Program-made: the position numbers and the translations under genes
Shown here: positions 1 through 11,116 of the stretch, piece after piece
Layout of the letters: each line of letters starts with the position of its first letter
Position numbering within the stretch: the first letter of the stretch is position 1
Source: Lepidodermella squamata
Lineage: Eukaryota; Animalia; Gastrotricha
DNA: 64,000 bases
Assembly (NCBI GenBank): GCA_047495785.1
Contig: JBLDXI010000015.1
Span: 682,001-746,000 of the forward strand
Direction of reading: 5' to 3'
The notes under the pieces: model-generated
Database searches by the model: none
Told to the model about the DNA's origin: nothing
Seen by the model: the letters and a program-made list of their open reading frames with translations, nothing else

Positions 1-24
1 TAATATTTCTCTTTTTCGAATCAG

Positions 25-673
25 ATATATGAGTAAAATGGTGTATATCAGTCTCAACGACAACCATGCCTCGCTATTCGCAACTGGAAAATACGAGACG
101 ATATGCGAAGACTTCTCGGTGAAGAAATTCCCATTCGACACCATAAGATGCTCTTTCATCTTCGACTCGGATGAAATCTCAAAACTAGCTGGTTACACGC
201 TGGATCGATTTGCTATTGATGAATCGGCCAATAGCTCCTTTATATCGGAATCTGACATCTGGGAACTCGTGAAACTCGAACTACCCAATAATCATTTATC
301 TTCGCAGAACGGCTTCCCGGCAGTCTCCAGGATGATTGCTACTCTTGTTTTCAAAAGACGCGCCAGCTATTTTGCTGTAAATGTCATTTTTCCGGTTTTC
401 GCCTTGTACATCATGCAACTGGCTGCTCTGATAATGCCGCCCGATGTTCCGGATCGTTCAGGGTTTGGCATCACCGTTGTCCTCGCTTTCTCCGTGATTC
501 TATCAATGGTAGTCGCCCACATTCCTCAGACTTCAGAGCCCGTCTATTTAGTGTATTTGGTTGTTTTCAAATTCGTCACGGGTTTGGTTATGAATATTTA
601 CGAGCTAATTTCCCTTGCTTTTTCTACTGGTCGAAAATCGACATCTAAATATAAATCGACATCTAAAACCTGA
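25..673 (+). CDS. Cys-loop ligand-gated ion channel subunit, last exon only (5' part outside window); ends before M4, possibly truncated/pseudogene
   Basis: Acceptor tcag at 21-24; Cys-loop CEDFSVKKFPFDTIRC, pre-M1 FKRR and hydrophobic M1-M3; closely similar to the paralogue at 3504-4263 but stops after a short duplicated motif (aaatcgacatctaaa x2) with no M4. Confidence 0.8.
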
Positions 674-926
674 GGTCAACATTCAAGTGTATTTTGTGAA
701 CACATGGCCAAGTATATCTTTCAGCTATTCTTTTTTCATCTGTTAACACGCCATTTTGGCGATTTCTAAGCATCGGTTCCTATGCTCACAATTTTTGCGT
801 GTGAGAAAATCAGATACTAATAAACAATTCTATCGAAATCTCGGGTTTCAGCGTCAATTGAATGCATGAGAGGAGCTTGCTGCTTGCTTCCAGCGCTGCC
901 AAAAGCTGAAACTCACGACTCACGAC

Positions 927-1088
927 CAGTGTGTGAAATACCGGGGCGTATGTAAGCTACCGTACCTCCCACCTTTAGAGGTCCTAGTAGGAAAACCCAA
1001 AAACAAACCACTGGGAGGGGGCTTTTTTGTCGGATAAATTTAGGGTTGAAAATACCTCGAGGATCCTACTTCATCCACTTCACACGAG
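927..1088. mobile_element. degenerate short non-autonomous element related to the CAGTGTGCGA MITE family
   Basis: Starts cagtgtgtgaa, ends ttcacacgag; interior loosely matches the reverse complement of 1418-1557 and the segment at ~14040-14130. Confidence 0.4.
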
Positions 1089-1417
1089 TTCCAAGCTTCT
1101 ATGAGCAAACGGGCAAAGGTGCATTGTTCTTTTTTCTGAGAAAGGTAAATTCTCAATAAACAATAACAATAAAATAAAACTCAATAACATTGACATAACT
1201 ATTATATCTTATGGATTCTTCGCAAAAAAGGGAGACAACATACATATTTAAATGATAACTTCAAGTTTTAATTGTCTCCTGTTTCACCAGGTAATACATT
1301 CGATGTAGATCACCTCCCTGATTATCATTTTGATCACGATCTAAAAATAAATTGGCTAGATCGATATAGATCGATGACGGCCCCGACTGACTTTCTAATG
1401 CCCGTATCTCCTACGCA

Positions 1418-1557
1418 CAGTTTGCGAAGTAGGATCCGTGAGCTGAGGTGTTTCCACTTGTTTTCTAGGACCCAGCCGAAGAAGCCAAAGGGTCCCCCTG
1501 TGGGTTTTTCAGCCTTCCTTGGTTGGAGTCCCGGAGCTGGGGTTTCGCGACACCCTG
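1418..1557. mobile_element. hAT-type MITE (~140 bp)
   Basis: 8-bp TSD cctacgca at 1410-1417 and 1558-1565; termini cagtttgcga...caccctg; related copy at 19934-20076. Confidence 0.85.
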
Positions 1558-2919
1558 CCTACGCATAATTGCATGAATCAAGTACTACGAGGCCCTATCG
1601 TTTACAGGATTACTCAATTGATTTGCGAACCAATCATGACATGAACTTGGGGCAGAATCTAAACGCTGATCATAGTATATAGATAGTGCGAGTGGGAGGG
1701 TCTGAATGACAGTGCATTACGCGTCTCCATCGAGCAAATAGCGGATTTTGAATAGCGCTTTCAGGAAAACTTCGATCGCTCTTCATCTGCATGAACAATC
1801 AATTAATCACGCTTGGATAAGAAAAAATGTCTCGAACACCAATGTTTGCTATGATCTAGGGTATATTATAGCTGATAAAACCGATATAACAGAAGTTTCC
1901 ATACTCGACCTGTTTATTGCTAATGAATATTATTTGCCTCGCCAATTTGCTTCCGCTGCTTTCAAACGCGTGTTTGATTAACTACAACTACTAGGTATGC
2001 AAACATGAAAGTGCAAGACATTATTAATGGACCACACAGAAAGCGCCGAAAAGTTTCGATTCAACAGTATATGCATATGCGGCGAAGTTCTCATGAATCT
2101 TTCAGTTGATTTATACTACACTTTCCAACCAATCAATATGCCCTTTAAAAATACAACAATCATATCATTGAGAATTCTACCTATCTGGCATGTCGCTTTA
2201 CATTTTTTGCGAATTGCTCTAATCACACGCAGAATGATTATATTACATGTTCGCATGATGTCGTGTCATTAATTTCCAGAATAGTATAGTAAGGATTAGT
2301 GATTAGTGTTATCTTTCGTACAAATTCACAATTGACTGACACTTGGCGCTAAGCAGCCTTATACTGGTTTTGGCTTGATTTTGTTCATCTTTCCGTTTTT
2401 CATGTTCGATTTCAGAGATCAACGCAACGGTATTGATAGTGACACCGGGTTCTGCTTCTACTTCATTAAAACAATTTTCCCATCAATAGGAATGGAAAGG
2501 TCTAGGATGGAGGCTCAAAACAAATAAAGGAACATAGGCTAGTTCTATCAATTTCCGCACAGGTCAAGCATATTTGCTCACTTAAACGGCGCCCCCGTGA
2601 AACTGCCCACTTCATACCTTCATAGTGGGTAGTTCGTAAATAAGCAGTACTTTAAATGTAAGTTAGAAGCATAGTTTTTCGATCCCAAATTCCGCTGGAC
2701 GTCCCTGGGGGATCTTCAACCATCCGCGTCACCTATTTTTGGGCCCCTGATCACAGCCCCTTTGGTATTTCGTTTCTTAAGCTTAGAACAACTATTGCTC
2801 TTATATTTAGTAACATAGTTTATCCCTGAATTTCAGATGACCAACGAAGGGTCTGCTTGTTTGCAGCCCTGACTGGAAAAGTGAGTAACAAATCTAATCT
2901 AGATTTTCCTTTATTTTAG

Positions 2920-4263
2920 ATGGCTGAAAATTTGTTTGTAATTAGTCTATTTATTCAAGCTGCATGCGTAATCGCCTCAGACCCGTCACAAAATCCAACA
3001 TCAGATAGCAACGGCTACATTGATCGAATGAATCTACGGTTTTTCAATTCTTGCCCGATAGCTCGCTCGACAGCTCTACCTTGGGAGGCCCTGCTTTCAA
3101 GCCGTCTTTCCAATCGGATCAACGTCTCGCTAACAATGGACATGTATAGATTGGTTGAGATCGACGACATGCAACAAAAGTATGCAGATAGGATGACTAG
3201 TTGGAACTTGAAACCAATAAATTTCTTTTAGACTATCTGTTTGGGCTGTGATGGCTCTGTTGTGGAGTTTCCCGTGTCAGCCGTTATCATGCTATGAATT
3301 GATAGGCGACGATTCAATATGTGAAATTACGAGGACGAAAATCACTCAGCAAGAGAATGGATTCGTCATGACGCTACTAGTACCAGCTAGAGATATGTGG
3401 TACCCCAGGTTTCTCCACATGAATGCCGCGGATACTCCGGAACCCTTCATCAAGTAATTTTTTCGATAAATGGGATTTTGTATCGCGATTTTCCCAATTA
3501 TAGGTATATGAGTGATATGGTTTACATAAGTCTCATCGATAACACAGCGTCTCTTTACGCAACTGGTCGCTTCGACACGATTTGCGAGGATTTCTCCGTT
3601 AAAAGGTTCCCGTTCGACACAATCAGGTGCTCGTTCGTTTTCGACTCGAGCGAGGTCGCAGTTCTAGCACTTTACACCCTTGATCGATTCGCAATCGATG
3701 CATCGGCGAATGAGTCATTCATATCAGAGTCTGATGTGTGGCAGCTCGTCAAACTCGAACCACCAAAGAGCCATTTATCATCGCAAAACGGCTTCCCGCC
3801 AGTCTCAAGAATGATCGCAACGTTTGTGTTCAAAAGACGTGCTAGCTACTTTGTAATCAACGTAATTTTCCCGGTTTTCGCCTTGTACATCATGCAACTG
3901 GCTGCTTTGATAATGCCGCCTGATGTTCCGGATAGGGCAGGTTTCGGCATCACTGTAGTACTCGCATTTTCGGTGATACTCTCGATAGTTGTCGGCCAAA
4001 TCCCGCAAACTTCTGAACCTGTCTACCTGGTTTACTTGGTTGTCTTCAAATTCGCAACGGGCGTGGCGACGAACATCTACGAATTGGTTGCTCTAGCTGT
4101 TTTTGGGGATTATCGCAAATCGGAGGATAAACACGGTGCGATTGAAATAGGCCGTTTTATCATTTGTAAGCCGAGACAGATCGACATGCTGTTTCTCGGT
4201 TTTGTCGTGGTTGTAACCATCATAGCTGATGGTGCCTTTTTTGCGCTGATGGTATCTAGCTAA
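2920..4263 (+). CDS. Cys-loop ligand-gated ion channel subunit, complete (~413 aa; exons 2920-3179, 3232-3453, 3504-4263)
   Basis: Signal peptide MAENLFVISLFIQAACVIA; LBD motifs (LVEIDDMQQKL, MWYPRF); Cys-loop CEDFSVKRFPFDTIRC; four TM segments; two GT-AG introns (52 and 50 nt) join in frame; probable 5'UTR intron at 2881-2919. Confidence 0.9.
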
Positions 4264-4575
4264 GCATGCTTCATTGTGTGTTTCCTTGGTTGCTGCTTCC
4301 GAATTTTTCGTCTGGCCATTACACGATCTGTCAGCCAAATAACCGAGAGAGAAATTCGATAAATAGGGAAACTAAATTTTTTTATTCCGAAGTAGAAGTA
4401 AAAATAGAGAATAAAACTTGCCAACAAGAATAGAAATCATTGAAGTCGCCTCAAAATTGCAACGAATATTAACGTCAAAAAGGAATCAGCAGAGGAGAAG
4501 AAAATTAAAATTGAAAAATTGAAAAAGGCAGAAAAAACTTTATTCTTTGATATTCGATAGCCAGCAGCGAAAAAA

Positions 4576-5405
4576 TTAGCCGAATATCGATTGCGGGCCG
4601 CATGTAGGCATTGCGACATCGTACTTGTTCATGGCGATGCATTTGACCTTGCCGGTAACACCGGTCGGGAATTTCTTACCAGCATCACAAGTGCAAGTGA
4701 ACGATTCACCAACATTGACGAAGTCATCTTCATTCTCACGACCATCAACCTCGCAATATCCGCCGGAGATTTCACTCGGGAAAGCGCATACAGGTCTTGC
4801 TGTAGTCGAGCTGAACGTGCAAGTTGGCCTGTTACCGTCCCATGTATTCATGCCCTTGCAGGTCAGCGTGACAGTTGCTCCGACTGCTCCGTTGGTGAGG
4901 TAACCCCTGTCGCAGCCGCAGATAGCCCTGTCTCCGATCTCAAAGTCCGTAGCACCATCGTTCCCTGCTGATATACAGTAGCCATTGCTGAGAGTGTCCA
5001 GGGCAGATAACGTGCAGATCGGTTTCAGAGTAGTTGTGATTCTGACGCATTTCGGAACAATGCCGGTGAATGTTCTGCTAGCCTGACACTTAAGAACTCG
5101 GTTGCCTTGAAACATGTAGTCATCTTCATCGTTACAAGCGCAACTAACCTGTATTATCGCGCAAGTTTATATCGTTTCTATCTAACCGTGGTTGAAATTA
5201 GGATTACCGTGCGTCCAATGTCGACATCGTTGTCATCGTCGCCTTCCTCGGCGTGGCAAACGCCTCCGGCAACCGTTGGAGCTTTACCGCAACCGGCAGC
5301 ACGGGTTGTAGTGGCGATTCTGGTGCACGTTGGAGATTTGGTCCTGTTGCCACTTGTTTTGCAAGTAATTGTGGGATTCCCAGACATTTTGAAACCGGGA
5401 TTGCA
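4576..5405 (-). CDS. Sushi/CCP-repeat extracellular protein, 3' exons (5405-5208, 5148-4576); upstream exons not located
   Basis: Repeated C..C-x-C..G[FY]..G....C....W/F..P.C modules joined by Thr-rich linkers (CNPGFKMSGNPTITC, CDRGYLTNG...TCKGMNTWDGNRPTC); in-frame phase-0 intron. Confidence 0.8.
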
Positions 5406-7539
5406 CTGAAAATCATTGGCATGATTAACAATACACACTGAAATAACTCATCAACCCAAGCTTGCAAATACTGCTCGATCCCGAGTCTTAACGCCTTTTT
5501 CAGTTCTCAGCAGGAAAAAATAGGATGGAAGAGTTATTCTTTGGCTCTTTGGCTTTAACAACTTCCTAAAGCCCATTAACCAGTATGTCAATGAATTTGT
5601 CAATGAAGCTCAAGTGTCTGCGTTTAAACTTTTAACGAGTCGTGCGCTCCATTTCAGCCCTGTTTGAACTAAGAAATGGTTGCATATAGACATTTGAACA
5701 TGCCGAGATTTTCTGCAACATTTTATGCTGTCACTTTATTAATGCGTGTCCATTCGCATCATCTTGTCCGAAACTAGATTCTCTCGTGCCAATCACGCAG
5801 CCGAGGGTCACACTTTTCGAGTTCATAGCTGTATCCTCATGACGTTGGAAATATCGTTTGACAAGTCCGATTTTGGGATGTTTACATCTTACACGACGCT
5901 ATAATTATCCTTGCTTTCTGCTTTAATTTATTAAAAAAATGATTATGAAAACTTTAAAGAATTAAACACTCTTTCTACGAATCTCAATTTTTCCGGGATT
6001 CAGACAAAGTTACGCTTACACTGTCTGTCTGAAAGTGACTCATCTTTCCGTCACCTCTTTCGAAATTCATGACCCGGGATCACTGGAGTGTCTAAAATAT
6101 GTGCTGCTTAAATGATCAACCGTATAAGCCGAAAAAATCGCCGTTAAGCGCAGTGGGCTTTAAATAGAGCGCATCCAGACGATAGAGATTTTCGAAGGCA
6201 ATCCCTGATATCTAATGAATATAAAAAATTAAAATGTGTTGTATTATAAAATCGAGATTACGGAATATTCGCAACGCAACGATCTATTGGTGGCAAGAAT
6301 AAATTGAAATATTTTGATTCCAGGGAAGTAAAGAAACCCAAAAGAATTATTTTCTGGCCCAGTCTGGTACCGAAGCCGAACTTTAAAGCTGAAACCACGA
6401 AATTCAACAAATAGATAGCCAAATCATTCCGATTCTATAAAACGCTGAACGTCCATCAACAAATGAAACTTGATTCAGCTGAATGGAGTCCGTAAGACGA
6501 ACTATGAACGCAATTGAACATACTCACAGGGAGAACATTCAAGCGTTTCGAACGCACTTTTTCCCTGATATCGCTTGTCAATTAGAAAACCTGACGAACT
6601 TGCACTTCAAGGCTTTGAATAGGTATGTACGTTTATTTTCTTCAAAAACAGTGCTCAGACCAGTATATCCGCTACGAAAAGTGCAAAGTGATCAATTTCA
6701 AATTCAATCGTTTAATCGTTCAGTATTAAGTAGACCATGAAGCGTGAAGATGCACTCGCTGGGTATATATTGCGAACACACCGACTGGTTATAAGCATTT
6801 CGACAAATCTACTGCAAGCTGCTTCGCTAACATTTTCGCCCAGATGTAGAAAGAATCCCGCGAATTGCAAATCGACAGCGAGCTGAAGACACGCATGCAT
6901 GTTTCCATTGTGCACTCGTTGTGGCTTTGCCGTAGTCTCCTATAGAGTTGCCTCATCGAAACATCGTCCTTCGCAAGCATGGCTCGGGTTACTGTTATAG
7001 AAAGAAGAAATTTCACAACTATAATCCTCTATTCGCTTGTCCTTCTACACTCACTTTCGCCTATAGTAGCCGAATTTGAAGCACCAATGTGCTCGAGCAG
7101 GCATAAGACTATTACAAGCAATATAAGACCTTCATAGCAAAATGGAATTCAAATAATGGAGATGTGGAACCTTTGCTCAATATAATCGGTCTCTCAAGCT
7201 AAATCTATCTCTCTCTAGGAAGGTTACTGAATGCAACTGGAAGGCCTATATACTCTGGTTAGCTCGGGTTACAATCTTTTTAAACTTGAAAGTATTGTTG
7301 ATTAATGAGATTAATTAACTCGCGAGTTCACGCTCTGATGAACGAAGTGTGCCTAGCACGTGATGGACACAATTTGGCAGTCTGGCTCGCTGTTATTTAT
7401 AGATATCCTTCGCGAAGATGAGGAGGAATATGTAGATGAGCAACCTGGATCTTAACCTTAGCTCATTACATCGGTTGTCCTGAAATTGAGTTTGGATCCT
7501 CGATCGATTCCGAGACCTATCCACTGTACGCTGTCCGTG

Positions 7540-7692
7540 TGATTGGAAGGATAAATATACCGACATGACGGGCAGTAAAGTTCCATCGAACGTCACGCGC
7601 AGAAAATGTCCAAGTCCGGATTTCATAATTAGATTATGGAAGCTATAATTGTTGCCGCAAAAGCAGTCAGCTGTGACGTTTTGACAGCGCAT
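7540..7692 (-). other. possible CUB-like exon fragment
   Basis: CFCGNNYSFHNLIMKSGLGHFLRVTFDG resembles the CUB 'CG...S.G..L.V.F' motif; same strand as, and upstream of, the Sushi exons. Weak. Confidence 0.25.
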
Positions 7693-7775
7693 CTAAACAT
7701 ATTCCGCGAATATCAACGTCAACCTTAGGCTGGGTCTACTCAACGAGGACAAGGTCAACCGTCAAGCTAAATTTA

Positions 7776-9621
7776 CCGTATTTTACGAATTATTAGTCAG
7801 GACCCAATTATAGGGCAGAACCGGAATAAAGGGCAGAGGGCAAAGGTCATTTGAATTAATAAAGGGCAGAACCGTAATAATGGGCAGTGCCCTATAACAC
7901 GCGACCAACCTGAGGCGCGTGTCGAGTGTCAATTTGCAACAAAAATCATTATTTTTCAGTCAATATTTTATGGCTAAAAGAAAGTTATCGTTATCGCCGT
8001 CATCGTCATCGCTGTCGCCGGTGTCTCAGCCGGCTAAAAAGGCTATGCGCCGCGCGTGGCCTATTGAGAAAAAGATTGAGATATTAACCTATGAATCGAC
8101 TCACTCTTTAAGTGATACATGTCGCAAGTACAACATTCATGAGCGCTTACTTTGCAAGTGGAAAAAGCTGGACATGGCGCGATTGCTCGAAAGTAAGTGC
8201 TTTAATCCTCCTTAATCCACTTGAGTAAACACTTGGCGCATCTAGTCGCGGGGCGAGGAGGTGCTAGCAAGACGCGGAGGAGATTATCCGGCGGTGGTCG
8301 CAAATGTAAATACCACGAAATGGAGGACGTGCTACACAAGTGGGTGTTGACTGAGCGGCGCGCGAGGCGTCGAGTGTCCCGTCGCATGATCAAGAAGAAG
8401 GCGCTGTCCCTTTGCACTGTCGATGGCTTCAACGCTAATAACGGCTGGCTATTTCGATTTTTGAAAAAGAAGCGCTTGACTCGTCGTCGTCGTACAACTG
8501 TGTGTCAAAAATTGCCACCCGAATTCGCCAGAAAAATGGCAGCTTATGTTCTATTTGTCAGGCATATGCGTAAGAAAAACGGCTATCAAGACGCCGAAAT
8601 GGCGGCGGCTGACGAAACTGCTGTATGGCTGAACTGCCTATCAGATGACACAATAGATACGGTCGGCAGCCGCGAGATCTGTATTAAGACGACCGGCCAC
8701 GAAAAAGCCAAGATAACCGTGATTCTGTCGGCTACGCCTGAACGAAAATTGAAACCTTTCGTGTTGATAAATCGTGTTAAGCCTATAAAAGCACTTGATC
8801 GCTACAACCGCGACCTGACTATTTGCTACAGTGGTAAAGCAACTTCAATGAATGACGACCTCACAGCACAGTACTTGCGTCGGACTTTCCCCATTAGCTT
8901 GTTCGGTAAACGACGACTGCTGTGCTGGGATAGCTTCAGATGTCATATTAGTAAGAGTACGAAGAAGCTATGTTCTGATTTGAAAATCGATATGGCGGTT
9001 GTGCCCGGAGGAACTACCAAGTATCTGCAAGCCCCCGATCTAGCTTGGAATAAGCCTTTTAAGGCGAAGTTGATCGAATTGTACGACGAGTTCATGGCGG
9101 ATGAATCTCAACATTCGTATACGAAGGGCGGAAATCAACGCGCGCCATCTTTTGAACAAGTTTGTCGTTGGATTGTTATTGCTTGGAAATCGCTTTCCAT
9201 GGACATGATCGCCAAGTCCTTCAAGAGCTGCGGCATCACCAACGCCTTGGATGGTAGCGAGGACGACTTGATCTCTGCTTTCAAGCCGGGAAAGCCGTGC
9301 GAGGCTGCGAGGGCCGAGCTTGAGGCCATGAAGGCGGCGAACTTGGACATCAGTAGCCAGGAAATCGACGAGGACAACGACGAGACTGCGCGAAATGAGG
9401 CCACCGTTGCTAGCGACGATGAAGACAGCGGTGACAGCGATGAAGAAATTGACGTAGAAAGTGATTTTGACCTGTGACCTACTGTGACCTGGACTAGTCC
9501 GATGAGTTTGAAAAAAATAAAGGGCAGGACCGAAATAAAGGGCAGACCCTAATTACAGGGCAGGACTTTGGCTTCGTTTAAAAAAAATATAGGGCCGGGT
9601 CTTATAATTCGTAAAATACGG
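7776..9621 (+). mobile_element. pogo-superfamily (Passer/POGK-like, DD35D) DNA transposon, apparently full length
   Basis: TIRs ccgtattttacgaattat / ataattcgtaaaatacgg flanked by TA; subterminal aaagggcaga repeats at both ends; encodes a transposase. Confidence 0.95.
7970..9477 (+). CDS. pogo/Passer transposase (~484 aa; exons 7970-8192, 8246-9477)
   Basis: N-terminal Brinker-like HTH and CENPB/Tc5 HTH; catalytic ADET / WDSFRCH / QAPD with 35 residues between the 2nd and 3rd Asp; acidic tail; 53-nt gtaagt...ctag intron joins the two ORFs in frame. Confidence 0.92.
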
Positions 9622-11116
9622 TAATTTGTTTTCTAACCGGACAAGAAACGTATACGGGAATAATGCTTACCCTTCATTCTTCATTCGAAGTACCACTTTC
9701 CCTTTTCCTCGAAGATTCAAAAACTTGTGATTGGAATCGAGCAAGGACTTATTTCCTATTTTCGGGAGTGGCTTGGTCGGCCGAAATAAATTGATATGAC
9801 CCCCAGGCAACCACTAATTCTGACATCAAGTGACAGCAACCCAGCAATAACATTGATTGCGTCGCCCATCTGCTTCTGACGATAAAATTAAGAGAAACTA
9901 GAAAAAGAGGTTTGGAAAGGAGGAAAACTCTCCGAAATCGACCATATCCCCAGAAATTAATTTTCTAAGATTATTATGCTGGAAAATCGTCCTAATAACT
10001 AGCTAATGGCGATTCCATTTAGCAGCTCCGCTAAGACTTCTTTATAGGATGGCTTGAAACTTGAAATCGGCGAAACCGTGAATGGGCCCGGACAGCGAAA
10101 TAGGACAACGGAAATGGTCTTTATAGTCTTTGACTGAGTTCGCCATGTGGAACTCCTTGCGGTACTTCCCTAGCGGTATTTCGCTCTCTGAATGGCGCTA
10201 TCTTGCGTAAATGAAGTTGAAATTCCTATTTTTTTGCATCTCATTAATATTTTTCAACTGATACCGTGAAGCAAAGATTTTGGTACTTTCAGGGCTTAAT
10301 ATCAATAGCCACGGTTATCATTGGATGAAATGTGTTAGATTAAGAGTATAGCGAAAAGAGAGGGACCTATAAAACACCTGAAAATCACTATGATAAGTTT
10401 TTTCGCGCCGCATCTGCTCATTCAGCGTCGAGTCAAGATTTGAAACTTACTACTACTTATAAACGAAGTGATGTAGAATCCGAATTCGGGAAAAGGCGCC
10501 CATTTTGACAAGGTCCTTGTGTCTTTATTGCAAGACACATTTTCAGTCTGTTTCTGGTTCATCACCTTCTCGCCAACATAGGCATTACGGTCACGTTTTA
10601 AAAATAGCTCAAATTCTATCAATTCGGCATTTGGAATGCTAACAAGAGCCTTGCTCCGTTATTTCGGTTGTTTGTTGTACGTTTTTTTTAACAATTTGAG
10701 AGTTAATTCCTAAAAAACTCTGATAAAATACCTAAGAGCTATCCGGCAGATTTAGTTTTTGCCCATTAGCTGTGTTTTCTAGTTTCCTCGCTAAAAAAAA
10801 CAAGAAAAAATTGCGATACAAAAATGCTTCAGTTTAAACTATCAAACCGTATTGGCGCTTGATCCAAATTATTTCTTCTAACTTCAATTTCGTCTAATCT
10901 TAATACACAAGTACTTTTCATACGCATTTTAAGCCAATTTCCGGTATGATTCTAAAAGGCTCAAAGTTCGAAGATGTGTGATTTTTTCTGTATCATTCTG
11001 CGATATTCTAAAGAGGATTCAAGTCGAGGTTGTTTTTACATGGCAAAACTGTCATTTATAAAATCAAGAGCAAGCTGGAGCAACAAAGTTTTCTGCGTCT
11101 TTAAGAATCAGAACAT

